From contig NW_025214398.1 in NCBI RefSeq assembly GCF_004010195.1, positions 1 through 42,973 on the forward strand: a stretch of DNA of 42,973 bases, given 5' to 3'. Source of the stretch: Chiloscyllium plagiosum. Its lineage: Eukaryota. Below the pieces are notes generated by a model that saw only the letters and a list, made by a program, of their open reading frames with translations, had not been told where the DNA came from and searched no databases. The position numbers and the translations under genes were made by a program. This document shows, one piece after another, positions 12,750-24,669 of the stretch (position 1 is its first letter; each line of letters starts with the position of its first letter).

Positions 12750-14515
12750 GATAGTGAAATAACTCCACAGAGGCTGGTATCCCATCACCAAGTCAGCCTT
12801 TATTTACATGTGGAAAGTCCTTGACACTGATCCAGCTCTGTCACAGCCAACTCTCAGGGTGAACAGAACCTCTGACACATTTCTTATCTGTCAGCCAGGG
12901 CTCCCTGGTTGGACAGGATTAACAGCCCCAATTGACAAACTCATGTTCTATGAGGCCCACCTGGCTGACTTCATTACAATCAATACACCCTTCCCACTCT
13001 GAGTCCAAGGACATAGGCCAGTTTTGTTTTGTAGCTCCTTCTGGGTCATTGGTTCCTCTGACTTTGCCTCTGATGTAGGAAGCATGTATTGCACAGTAAC
13101 TCATTTCTTGGGTCTGGAGCATCTCAGAAGAAATTCATTCTCCTCTTCAGGCGGCAAAGGCGTTGAGGTGATGACACCTGCTGAACCCATCTCAGATGCT
13201 GAGGTATCGTCAACGCTTGACAGACAGGGAGAACCCAAAGGTTCCAGAATAGTTGGAAAGGCTGTTGAGGAGCCGAGCACGTTCTGCTCCTGCACAGTTT
13301 GCCAGTTTTCTGCTTTCATATAGTCCACATGCTTGTTCAGGGGTTGGGTTGTACCTAACCCAATTTTATACGTCACTTGGCCTGACTTTGTGTTGACTAT
13401 GCTTCTTGTCCGTACAGATCCATTCCTGTGGTTCCTACACTAAGCTTTGTCCCCTGAAGCAAACTGGCTCTCTCGCTTAGTAGGGTCTTGTGTTTGGCAT
13501 TGGTGTTCCTGATACCGTTTCACTCTCCCACCCATGTCCAGGAAAATCAGATTTAAACTGGTATGTAATCTTCTTCCCATTAGCAATTCTGCTGGAGCTA
13601 CCAATGTAGTTGCATGAGGGGTGGCCCTATTATCAAATAGGAACCGGGGCAGTTTGGTATCTAGTGATGCTGTAGGCTGTTTCTTTTAGTCCACCTTCAA
13701 AGTTTGGTCTGTTCTTTTTACTAGACCATTGGATGATGGATGAAATGGTAATTTTGTACTTGTTGGCACTCTGGGCACTGCCCACCAATGCAGCTATGTA
13801 TGCATCCAATCCTGGACACCAGGCATAATGTCTTGGCAACATCTTCATTTCAGAAACTCCTGGATGACCCTGGTGGAATTCAGCCAGTATCTAGCAGCAA
13901 TGTTTGCTCAGGAAATCAGTCTTGTTCTCCAAAATAATATGCTGACCTCTACTCTGATCTGGTCTCTCTAGGTCCAAAGGTTTCAATTCTGATTGTCATG
14001 ACTATTGGAAGTTCCTCTCCATTGGGCCCCTTTGGGCTAATACTACCCCGATACCATATGGGCAGCCATTGCATGTCAATATCAGATCTCACTTGGGATC
14101 ATAGCATGCCAACACCTTTTGAGGATGATAGCTGTTTCTTCATTTCCCTGAGATCAATGGTTGGATATATGCATGCTTCCAAGGTGGATCGTTTTTAAAG
14201 AGTTGATGCAAAGTTGCCAGATGTAAGCCAGGTTATGTATAAACTTTCCCGAATAATTCACGAACCCAAGATCTAAGATCCAGTATGAGCTGGGACACTT
14301 TTGAATTGCCTCACTTTATCTCTCAACTGGTATAACCCAGTCTTGTTGACTCTGTAGCCCAAAGCAGTCACTTGAGGTGCCTGGAACACTTATTCTTTCC
14401 TTCTAAGGTGTACGCCCATCTGGGTGAAACACCTAAGGACAATGTCCAAGTTCTCTAAGTGGTCTTGACATCTAAACAAATGGCAACCTGAGGTAGAATT
14501 TGTAAAATACTTTCT
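12750..14515 (-). mobile_element. Gypsy LTR retrotransposon relic (3' LTR ~12750-12987, PPT, degraded pol)
   Basis: Minus-strand PPT TGGGAAGGG directly before the TGTATTG LTR start. Integrase Zn-binding remnant GHPG..MKMLPRHYAWCPGLD. RT remnant NLDIVLR...VFQAPQVTALGY at ~14350-14460. Many stops and frameshifts. Confidence 0.85.
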
Positions 14516-16850
14516 AACTCCACATACATGCACTTATCAAGGTTCATAACACTACATTCAAGAAAACATTTCCTATAGTTTTCCCATGTAGCTGTGTAAA
14601 TTTACCAACAAGAATTTTACACATGAAGAGACTTGTAAGTTCACGTTTCTGTCTTTCTAAAATGATCTTTTTGGATTTTCTATATAACACAATTCATCCA
14701 AATACCAAGGGAAAATAATTTTAAGAAGAAACTGCAGCAATTTGTTGCAAAGCAAAGCAACTATCTCATTTTATATCAAAAAAAGACCCTACAAATAATT
14801 GTTTGTTCACCAAATCTTGGATAGTCTCTGACGTTTTATGGTCTATTCCATTCTATAGCCTCAGGAGGTTCCTTTCACTTGGCTTTAATCTTATTCTCTC
14901 TTTCACACAGACAACTGCTAAAGCAAAAATGAAGAATTGCTTTGAACGGCTTTTGAAACTGTCAGCAATTTTGTGAATATTTTATTTTCATAGCAAAACG
15001 TATGGTCATCATTAAGTCTGACAGGATGATAAGCTGTGGTTTAATGCTCATGAATTGCAGCTTGCTATTGGCATTTGGCACCAGACACCATACTTGTATT
15101 GTCAAGTTAGTAAAGTCTGTCCTGAGCTATCAGCATATCTGATCTTTGCAAATAAGGGCAGGATTTGAAAGGAAAAAGTTGTAGCTGCATCAGTTTATGA
15201 ACAGGCAATGTTAAAAATTCAGACCCTTAGGAATTTTGCATAAATCTAATAAGTTTCAGCTGAAGTAATGAGCCACCCAAGGCAGTCAGATCCTACCATG
15301 GAGGCAGACAGAAATGACATAGGATTATGTTGGATATACAGCATTCAACCATTAACTTGAGCCTCCTTCCATCTTGCTTCATCTATACTAACATCATACG
15401 CCTCTATTCTCGTCTCCTTCACTTGCTTGACCTGCTTTCCTGTAAATGCATCTTTACCAGTCAATTTAACCACATCCTTGGTAACAAGTCTCACATTTCT
15501 ATCATTATTTAGATGAAGACATTTCTTCAGAATTTTTGATTGGATGCCTTGGTGATCATCCCATATAGGTGCTGTTTCGTTATGCTCTTCGTCATAAGTG
15601 TAAACATTCTCTCATAAATTTAAAGGCATTTATTTAACACTTCATCAAACTTCTTTTAAAACAAACCCCACCGCCAATCCTTCTTCATATATATTTCCAG
15701 TACCATTCTTACAAATCCACTCTGCATTCTTTTCAGTGCCTCGATTTTTACCATATGATCAGAATTGTAAGCCATGTTCTAAACTTGGTCTAACTAAGGT
15801 TCAATATAGGAGGACAATAACTTTTTAATTCTATCCTTGTGACAATAAATCTGAACATTAGGCTTTGATGTATTTTATTAACTTTTAGTTGTTGCTAGCA
15901 TTTGCAGAGAGAAACAAAATCCTTGACTGAGAATGCAGGAAGCGAAGGAACAAAGGAGATGTTCTTGGAAGGTGGGTGCATTGCATCATGTTTTTTTTCT
16001 GTAGACTGAAGATTGATTGTCCAGTTGAACTTTACTTTCTTTGCTCTGATCTACAAGAGGCTGAAGAAGTGGATATTTTTCATGGGATTACCCTATATTG
16101 TTCATTGCTGCTGCATAATGGGTTTGATTGCCAGACAACATTTTAGAAATGAGCAGGTGAAGCCCAATTTCAGAAGAACTGAAGATAAATAGTTTCATCT
16201 CCCATGTTTATTATTTTCTTGCTCCTGTACTTGGCTTTGTATGTACTCATCTCCAACATCTTCCAGTTCTTTTCAAAGATTATCAGCATTAAACTTTATA
16301 TATTTTTCTCTCTCAACAAATGTACCTTGATTTAATGTGTGTTTTCAGCTTGTTTTTGAGATATTTCAGTACAGTCTTTTTACCAAGAGAAATTTTAAGA
16401 GGGGGGTTGATTTCATGCCTTTAAAAGACACAATGTGCATTGAAAATTTCAGTTTTTATTATTCACTCATAGGACATGGACATTTCTGGCTGGATCAGGA
16501 TTTATTGCCCATTCCTAGTTGCTCGAGAGTAGATGATGGTGAGAATCCTTCTTCAACTGCTGCAGCCCATGTGCTCTAAGTAGACCCACAATGCCAGGAT
16601 TTTGACTCAGCAACACTGAAGGAACAGAAATATATTTCCAAGTCAGAATTGAGAGAGTATCTTGCAGATAGTGATATTTGTGGGTCTCCACATGCCCCAT
16701 GGAATTCTACTTAAGATATCTGCATGTCCCTTTTTACAAAGGCTGATTATTGCAATGACATATTCAAGGTTGTCAACATTTTCTATTTTTAAAGAACATC
16801 TCCTGAGATGTCAACCTTCAAGTCTTTTGCTCACACTATTAATGCTGATA

Positions 16851-17145
16851 TCATAGAATCTTAGAATACCTGCAGTGCAAAAGCAAGCCATTTGGTCCAC
16901 CAAGTCCACACCGACCCTCCAAAGAGCATCCCACCCAGATTGACTCCATCCTTATAGCTCTGCATTTCCCATGGCTAACTCACCGAGCCTGGACATTATG
17001 GGCAACTGAACATGGCCAATCCACCTATCCTACACATCTTTGGACTGTGGGAGGAAACTCACATAGACATAGGGAGAATGTGCAACACCACAAAGACAGT
17101 CACTCAAGGCTGGATGCGAACCTGGGGTCCTGGTGCTGTGAGGCA
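16851..17145 (-). mobile_element. HE1-type SINE, head truncated
   Basis: Reverse complement of the same family, lacking box A. Confidence 0.85.
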
Positions 17146-17629
17146 TTCAGGGATAACTGGTAAATTGTGTGTAATTGATACTAGATTCAGACTTTAGATA
17201 CACAAAAAGTTAAAAGAGATTTGTTCCAAAATATATATGCTTATTGCGATTGTAAAAGGTTTATAATATGAGATCATTTTAAACTATAAAGATTAACTCA
17301 ATAAACAAACACTTTACGATGTTAATAATACCAGCTGAGATGCTAAAATGTTCACATTCCAGATGCCTTGCATTCACTTGAGTCAATGCAGTTAAAAGTT
17401 CCCTTACAGCATTTGTGGCTTCAGAGACTTCCCATCAATATTAACTCTGCTTTCTTCCCACAGATGCTGTCCGACCTGCTGAATTTCACCCAAAATTTCT
17501 GTTTTTCTTCAAATGTCCAGAACTTTGTTTTACCTGAATTTCAACTGTTGGTCAGTCAGCATTTCATTCTGTGTAATTTTAGATTCAGTCAGCGAAAATG
17601 TTGAAAGAAATTCACAGCTTACTTGTCAA

Positions 17630-18022
17630 CTTAGAGTGTAAGGGTTTGAAGCAAATAAAAACTTAATCAGTTTTTTGTGAAACAGATAGAAGAAAATGAA
17701 AAAAATAGCTGTTTGTAGCAAAAGGGTTTCAAAAAAAAGAAAATTTAGTTATTTATAGTGAAAAGGTTTGAAGAAAAAGAAAAAATAGTTGTTTATAGTG
17801 AAAAGATTTGGAAAAGAAAAATTAGTTGTTTATAGTGAAAAGGTTTGAAGAAAAAACTTTATAGTGAAAGGGTTTGAAGAAAATAAACAGTTTATAGTGA
17901 CAGGGTTTTATGATAATAAACAATTATTCAGATTATAGTGACGGGTTTTAAGGTAATAAACAATTAACCAGTGTATAGTGACAGGTTTTGAAGAAAGTGA
18001 ATAATTGAGCTGTTTATAATGA
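17630..18022. repeat. ~40-bp minisatellite (core TTATAGTGAAAAGGTTTGAAG), ~10 degenerate units
   Basis: Core recurs at ~17753, 17793, 17830, 17859, 17892, 17933 and 17973, with decayed units at ~17633, 17673, 17713 and 18013. Confidence 0.85.
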
Positions 18023-18495
18023 AGGCAAAGAACTGCGGATGCTGACCACAGGAAATAGGTGTAAAACTGGAAAGTGCTGGGAAAACCCAGCAAGGTTTCT
18101 AATATCTGTGGAAGGTAAAACAGAATTAGGTTTAAAGTGTGACAGTCCACTACTGCCCTCTCTCCCTGACTCCAGAGAGTAACATCCGGGATATTCCAGG
18201 GCAGTGACCAACACGTGAGGCTGTGGGAAAGGTGAAAGGTCAGGCTGATCACGTGCTCGGGGTGAGAGGTCAGCGCCGTCTCCCACAACGATGGCTGTCC
18301 GAGGTCTGCAGCTGGCCGGATCCCGGTGAAGGAGGGTGTGGGGAAGAGGCTCTCGGAGCGGGCTGGGCTGGGCCGCGCCGCCGCAGGTTGAGCGGGGAGG
18401 ACGCGTCTGGGCCATGGGCTGCAAGCCCGGCGGTGCCTTCCAGGGAGAGGCCGGTGGAGGCTGTGCGGACCGGGGAGTGCAGTGAAGGCGGTGGG

Positions 18496-18636
18496 ATGTG
18501 GCAGCCAGCCAGCCGGGCTGGGTCCGGGTCCGGGTCCGGGTCCGGGCTCGGGCTAGGCGGCAGGAGCGAGGAGATCGGAGAGTTGATCGAACATTTCTCC
18601 AAACATCAATACCGGGCCAAGGAGGCCAATCCCAAG
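18496..18636 (+). CDS. MTMR14: MTMR14 coding exon 1 (MWQPASRAGSGSGSGSGLGLGGRSEEIGELIEHFSKHQYRAKEANPK)
   Basis: ATG at 18496 in a CpG island. IGELIEHFSKHQYRAK matches recalled human MTMR14 LGELLEEFSRTQYRAK. Donor AAG|GTAAAC at 18637, phase 0, 141 nt. The start codon choice is less certain than the 3' boundary. Confidence 0.88.
18520..18555 (+). repeat. Coding hexamer repeat (GGGTCC)4 + GGGCTC GGGCTA
   Basis: Direct reading. Encodes GSGSGSGSGLGL in exon 1. Confidence 0.9.
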
Positions 18637-19264
18637 GTAAACTTGAAGGAGGCTAACCCCGTGGAAATGACCGCGGAATATTCTGTCAAGTAGTAAACTA
18701 ATAATCCAAAACTGGTGTAAAAGCGTTCAGTAATCTCAACCCAAAGTGTTCGCCGAATAACCTAAGTAAGTGTCAAATAACCTAAATGCTTAAACATCTG
18801 GGCACGGAGTGACACTCTCTCGGGATCCACGCTCCGAGTGACCAGGTCAAATAATAGGTAAAATTAGATCAAGACCAGTAAATAATAGCCCAGAGGTTAC
18901 TGGAAGAATGCACGCCGCACCGAGTGTCATGGACTGAATGTGCTTCCTCGCCTTTCAAGCCCTCGCTATTCACACAGCAGGTTGCTGGGAAATGCTAATA
19001 GGACAACAGGTTGGCACCTGGGACCTCGTGAACTTTGCCCCAATTATCTATCACCTTAATTGACTTTAAGGATGGAAAAGAAATAATGGGAAACAGTTGA
19101 AGCTTAAAGAAGCAGAGTAAAGAAAGATGGAGGATTAAGGGAGGAGGGGGGGAAACATGCAAAAACGTTTCCTTCATTAAATCAACCAAATTCAAAGGGG
19201 AGTGTATCGAATTCTTTTTTGAAAAGAAAAGTTGGTGTTTGCCCCTAAGCAGTACTGCCACCTT

Positions 19265-19575
19265 AGGTCAAGCTGACACTCCATTCCAGTATTGAGGGCA
19301 TGCTACACTGTCAGAGATGCTATTTCTCAGAGAATTGATTAAACTGAAGTTAACCAAGCGATCCTGCCACCTTCTTGAAACAATGTAAAAAATGCCATGG
19401 CACTATTCAAAGAACAGAAGTTATTGCTAATAATTATCACACTGATATTGTAAAATTCTGATCGATAATGTGTGTGCCTGTTGACTGCCAATTTTGCAAA
19501 GTAATTAATTAGCTGTGATGTGCTTTTAACATCCCAGGTTCCTGAGAAATTGTATATAAATCCAGATTCTTACTT
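19265..19575 (+). mobile_element. Deu-domain SINE (SacSINE1/AmnSINE1-like), degraded
   Basis: GCTGACACTCCA..CAGTATTGAGGG..ACACTGTC...CCATGGCACTATT...TATATAAAT pattern. Related degraded copies at ~2450-2730 and ~7420-8135. Confidence 0.65.
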
Positions 19576-19960
19576 TGCACCTTGTCTGGTCTTCTATTGG
19601 GGTGTCATTCTTTCCTACAGGTGATATATTATAAGTTGACCACCTATGCTCTGGTGTGAGGTCCTCAATACTTCAAATGGAAAAAAAATGTACTAAATAT
19701 TCATGAGAAGTAACTGTTTTAATATATTTGTTACAACCAGATTTTGAGCAATTCCAAGCACTAGATTTATAATTTGGCCTTACAGGACATTAATTTTAGA
19801 CTGTGACATTTTATATCGAAATACATGTTTGAAGAATGAGCAACTCTTGATTTAGTTGTTCAACACTGAATGTAGAACAGTTTATTTAAGGGACTTTCAC
19901 TTCTGCAATATTTTTGTAAATGTACTTTAACAAAATGAGTTTTCTTAAATGTTAATCAAA

Positions 19961-20512
19961 TCATAGCGATGCACAGTATGGAAACAGACCTGATGGTCCA
20001 ACTTTTCCATGCCAACCAGATATCCTTAATTAATCTAGTCCCATGTGTCAGCACTTGGCCCATATCCCTCAACATCCATCATATTCATATACCCATCCAG
20101 ATGCCTTTTGAATATTGTAATTGTACCAACCGCCACCACTTCCTCTGGCAGCTCATTACATATATGCACTATGCTCTGTGTGAAAAAGTTGCCCCTTGGG
20201 TTTCTTTTATGTCTTTCCGTCTCACCCTAAACCTATGCCCTCTAGTTCTGGACTCTTTTTTTTGTTTTTTCCCCATACCTCAGGGAAAATACCTTGTCTA
20301 TTTCTCCCATCCATGCCCCTCATGATTTTATAAACCTCTATAAGGTCACCCCTCAGCCTCTACTCCAGGGAAAACAACCCCATCCTATTTAGCCTCTCCC
20401 TATAGCTCAAACCCTCCAACCCTGGCAACATCCTTGTAAATCTTTTCTGAACCTTTCAAGTTCACAACATCCTTCTGATAGGAAGGAGACCAGAATTGCA
20501 CACAATATTCTA
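19961..20512 (-). mobile_element. CR1/HER1 LINE 3' end
   Basis: CR1 C-terminal coding remnant (RGDLIEVYKIMRG) and a CTATGA-type tail. Confidence 0.85.
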
Positions 20513-21354
20513 ATATAATATTCCTCTTTAATTCACATCCATCTTTTGTGAAATAACTTGCTTTTTTTCAATCCCTTTGTTTCTTCCCCTGAAATTATCT
20601 TCTGGAACAAACATGATTTGATGTAGAATGTTATTGCTTTACCAACTCCACTTTTGGATTAATTCCATGTCCTTTTTCCTGCAACTCTGTTTTCATTTAA
20701 AGTTCTTGTATCAAGATATGCAGCTTAATCCAGTGCATCCTCTCAATGAATATTTGGAGGTGCTTCTGACTAACATGCAGCACAAAGCTGATGTGTCAAG
20801 AATGTGTAGAGTAAAAGCAACTTGACTGAGCTCAACTGAACTGCAAGTCCATCAAGCCTGCATCCTTAGTACACTTCTCCATAGGGATCTTGAAGCATGC
20901 TGATTCCATCAGTAAACACTTAATGCTAAACCAATAACATTTGAGTTGTCTTGACCACGTTTATTGGATAGACGTCCTCCATATATCCAAAGATTTTCTG
21001 CAGTGAATTGACCACTGAATCATAACTTCCTTTTTGCTACAAGGTTACCCGCAAGTGAAATATAAAGATGACAGACATTGAAACTGATGTGTAGAAAACG
21101 GTTTCTGATAATTGATCTCTGGAGTCTGACTGATTGGAAAGGTATTGAAAGGGGTGAGCAGAAATGATAAGCTCAGCTGTCTGAGAAGATGGTCCAGAGA
21201 AAAGAGCGTAGTGAATTGTGCACTTTGAGCCCACTGTCCTCTTCTGCAGCTAGTGTGTCAGGGCCAGAAGCCATCTTCTAATGAGAAGGAAGGCTGCCAC
21301 ATAGGTTACTACCCTTTATTGCACTGTCTTCTTGACACTGGGAATGTAAAGAAA

Positions 21355-21695
21355 GGTGGCATGGTAGCTTAGTGGTTAGCATTGCTGCCTCACCACACCA
21401 GAGACCTAGGTTCAATTCCAGCATCTGAAGACTGTCGGTCTGTGTGGAGTTTGCACATTCTCCCTGTGTTTGCATGGGTTTCCTCCCACAATCCAAAAAG
21501 GAAATATAGGTTAGCTGATTTGCCAATGCTAAGTTGTCCATAGTGTTCAGGGTGTGTAGATTAGGCACATTAGTCAGGGGTAAATGTAGAGTAATGAGAA
21601 ATGAGTTTGAGTGGGATACTCTTCGGAGGGTCGGTGTGGACTTGTTGGACCGAAGGGCCTGTTTCCACACTGTAGGGGTTCTATGATTCTATGAT
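21355..21695 (+). mobile_element. HE1-type tRNA-derived SINE
   Basis: Boxes A and B, core, TTCTATGATTCTATGA tail. Confidence 0.9.
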
Positions 21696-23429
21696 AAATA
21701 AAAGTTGTTAATTGGAATGTGTTGGTCTTCCTACTAGGAAACGAGCATAGCAAATGATTAAAACCAATCAAAAATTGTTATATAGGTATTGATTATATTT
21801 AAGGATGTTATGCAAAACATTGCCAAAGTTCCTATAGATTACTGTTTTTTTGCTGACCACAGTTTAAATTGTAGAGTTGAAAGAAATAAATATTTTAGTT
21901 TTAGTAAACATACCTGTTAATATTTAAACATGCAACTTATATAATTTTAATAATTTAAATGAGGGTACTTTTTTTAAAAAAATGTTTTCATCCCTATCTG
22001 GTGTGACTGCTATCAGGAGCTGTTTGAGCTTTCAAATTTTATGCTGTGGTATAAAACATGCCACCATGCTCAACATGTCACCCCAATATGCCCTCTGACT
22101 TAGATTTAAAAATTCATTCCTGTGTTTTGACTATTTGCAACCTGGTTAGCACTTATGGGCAGCTTGCTTTGTACTTTACTGCCAACTTCTAATGACACTG
22201 ATCATCTTTGAATTTCAACAGTGACTTATTTGCTAAGTTGGCCAGTCCCTCTTCAGAATCATGCAGCAGGCAAGAGATAAATCTTACGAATGTTATACAG
22301 AGCATTGAGAGCTCAGTTTGTGCTGTGGCACTGAGCCATGGATTTATCTTTAATTGTGCTTGGAATTTTGTCTGTCTTTGTGGTGTGAATTGTCACTAAG
22401 AAGTGCTAACTTCCATCTTTGACATATGGCACCAGATTGTGTGCTTTCTTCCTGCTCTTTCATAACCTACTAGCTAACTAGAAAATTACGTAAAATCTAA
22501 CTGGTAATGGAAGGAGTTTCACCTTTTTTTTATAGAAAAAGTAATCAACTGGCATTTTTGCACTTTTTGAAGAATGAGATTTCTGAACCTTATTTACATT
22601 TGCACTGGATTTTGCCAATGAATGTTGTGGATTGGAAGTTTATAATTTCAGCTGAGATGAGGTTGTACTAGATAATGTCAAATTTTCTTTCAAATCCCAT
22701 TCATCAGAGGATTTTGCTCTCCTTTTGAAACAGGAGCTATATCCACTTTGTGCAGGTTTTAGTTTCTATTTATGAATATACATTTTTGTTCAATTCTACT
22801 CAAAACATGCTGCACAAATAGTTCAACATGTCTTGAAGTGTAAATCAAATTCACCCATTAAGAAAAGAAATACACACTTAAAATAATTACTGAGCCCTGT
22901 CATAACTTTTATCATTTTTTTTCCCATGGGATATTGGTTACCCTGAGAATGTGGTGGTGAGCCACTTTCTTGAATTGATGCAGTTCATAGGTACAACCAC
23001 AGTATTGTTGGGAATGGAGTTGTAGTTTTTGACCCAGCATCAAAGAAGGAATTCAGTTGGTTGGAGACCTCACCTGTTTGCAATCCTGTCCTCCGACTAT
23101 ATCCACAAGTAATATTTTCCGGGAGGCATAGCAGTCAGGAGTAGGAACCTGAATGGTTTTCCTTTTCCTGGCATAAGTGTGCTGAGGCCAGTTTTGCTTG
23201 TTTCCAGGTACTTTACTGAGCTGTGTAGCTCACCACTTTAACCATCTTCGCAATTGGGGACTGTATTTAGCTATTTAAACTTTTGAAGGATAAATTGCAC
23301 AAGTCACATATTTTATCTTTAGAATATCCACATCTATGTAGGTTAGGCTTGGATGGATCATAATTTTAAACATTTCTCAGTCAGGTACATTCAACCCACA
23401 TTTAATGACTTCAATACATGATGTTGTTT

Positions 23430-23750
23430 AACATTTTGTGGTACAGTGGAAGTACTGTGCTGTCATGATTCTGTCTTTTGGATGAATTGCTAAACTGAAG
23501 CCCAATCTCCCTCAATGGTGAAATATTAATTTCCACTATTTACAGATGAGTGGGGGAATACTGTTGCTCTGTCAGCATTTAATCTTAAACCAAGAGTTTA
23601 TATGGTCATGTATCACGTTGTTATTTGTGGAGTCATGTTATGCAAAAGATTAGTTTTTATGCATTTGAAAGTATTTTCCTGACTGTGAAGTGCCTTGGGA
23701 TGTCCTGAGACTATGCAATATGTTCTACAAATGCAAGTGTTTTCTGTTCT
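23430..23750 (+). mobile_element. Deu-domain SINE, degraded
   Basis: Ends CTGTGAAGTGCCTTGGGATGTCCTGAG...AAATGCAAGT, the typical tail of this family. Confidence 0.6.
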
Positions 23751-23969
23751 TTATTTCATTTCATTAAAACTCCTCTATATCTCATGAGTTATATGTATAA
23801 ACTTCAACCATTGTCTGCCATCTCACTTAACTAAAGGATAGAATTTTGAGTTTAAAGTCTGTGTGGGGATAGTGACTGAATGCTAAAGTTCACTGGAAGG
23901 AATATGGGAACATTGGCAACTTAAGAGTTTTCATTATTTTAAAAAAGTGAAACCTTTTTCATTATATGA

Positions 23970-24327
23970 AATGTGTACAAAATAATGAGAGGAATAAATA
24001 AGAATCAATAGCCAGAGACTTTTTCCCAGGGCGGGATTGACTGGTACGAGAAGTCATAGTTTGAAGATATTAGGAGGAAGATATAAAGAAGACGTCAGAG
24101 GTAGATTCTTTACGCAGAGAGTTGTGAATGCATGGAATGCGTTGCCAGCTGTGGTGGTGGAAGCAGAGTCATTGGAGATATTTAAGTGACTGCCAGACAT
24201 GCACATGGATAGAAGTGAATTGAGGGGTGCATAGGTTAAGTTACTATATTTTGCATTAAGATTAAATCTCGGCATAACATCGTGGGCCAAAGGGCCTGTT
24301 TTGTGCTGTACTTTTCTATGTTCTATG
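23970..24327 (+). mobile_element. CR1/HER1 LINE 3' end
   Basis: YKIMRG..., FFTQRVVNAWNALP remnant, TTCTATGTTCTATG tail. Confidence 0.85.
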
Positions 24328-24452
24328 CAAGAGGGATATGCTTGTGGTCAGTTAGAAGAACTTGAAAAATGATGTCCTTCAGATGGTTTAAGATCAAGGT
24401 GGAAGAGTTTTCATTAATAAGGAAGTTGTTTATTTGGGTATATAAGAAGGTG

Positions 24453-24669
24453 CTGGAAATGTGTTGCTGGAAAAGCGCAGCAGGTCAGGCAGCATCCAGG
24501 GAACAGGAGAATCGACGTTTCGGGCATAAGCCCTTCTTCATTTCCTGAAGAAGGGCTTATGCCCGAAACGTCGATTCTCCTGTTCCCTGGATGCTGCCTG
24601 ACCTGCTGCGCTTTTCCAGCAACACATTTCCAGCTCTGATCTCCAGCATCTGCAGACCTCACTTTCTCC
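24453..24669. mobile_element. Fold-back Penelope-derived mini-element A with hammerhead motif
   Basis: Perfect 89-bp inverted repeat (24452-24540 / 24546-24634, loop TTTCC) plus a ~35-bp unique tail. 14-bp TSD TATATAAGAAGGTG at 24439-24452 and 24670-24683. Arms are homologous to the terminus of the Penelope fragment at 2790-2890. Confidence 0.9.
24541..24576 (+). ncRNA. Minimal type I hammerhead ribozyme motif (element A)
   Basis: CTGAAGA (24545-51), A, stem II GGGC-TTAT-GCCC, GAAA (24565-68), palindromic ACGT, GTC triplet (24570-72). Local stem I is only ~2 bp, so activity is unproven. Confidence 0.65.

Larger units (their letters stand above)
18180..18970. promoter_or_regulatory. CpG island / MTMR14 promoter and 5' end
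   Basis: Abrupt GC- and CpG-rich segment in an AT-rich, CpG-depleted background, covering exon 1. CACGTG E-boxes at 18212-18217 and 18250-18255. Confidence 0.85.

Noticed and set aside
14760..14935. Minus-strand NAGNAG acceptor, possible divergent lncRNA exon
   Set aside because: All frames close quickly and no donor or partner exon could be identified.
17630..18022. CRISPR-like repeat/spacer appearance
   Set aside because: Vertebrate context, the 'spacers' are related A-rich sequences, the repeats are degenerate and there are no cas genes. It is a minisatellite.
18014..18602. Minus-strand ORFs (136 aa and 110 aa) over the CpG island
   Set aside because: Stop-poor GC-rich sequence antisense to exon 1, with no recognisable protein.
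19621..19653. 33-nt in-frame cassette exon candidate in intron 1 (VIYYKLTTYAL)
   Set aside because: Good acceptor but weak donor (GTGTGA), and no counterpart in recalled MTMR14 proteins.
24414..24662. 82-aa ORF across element A
   Set aside because: Arises from the palindromic repeat, with no coding evidence.
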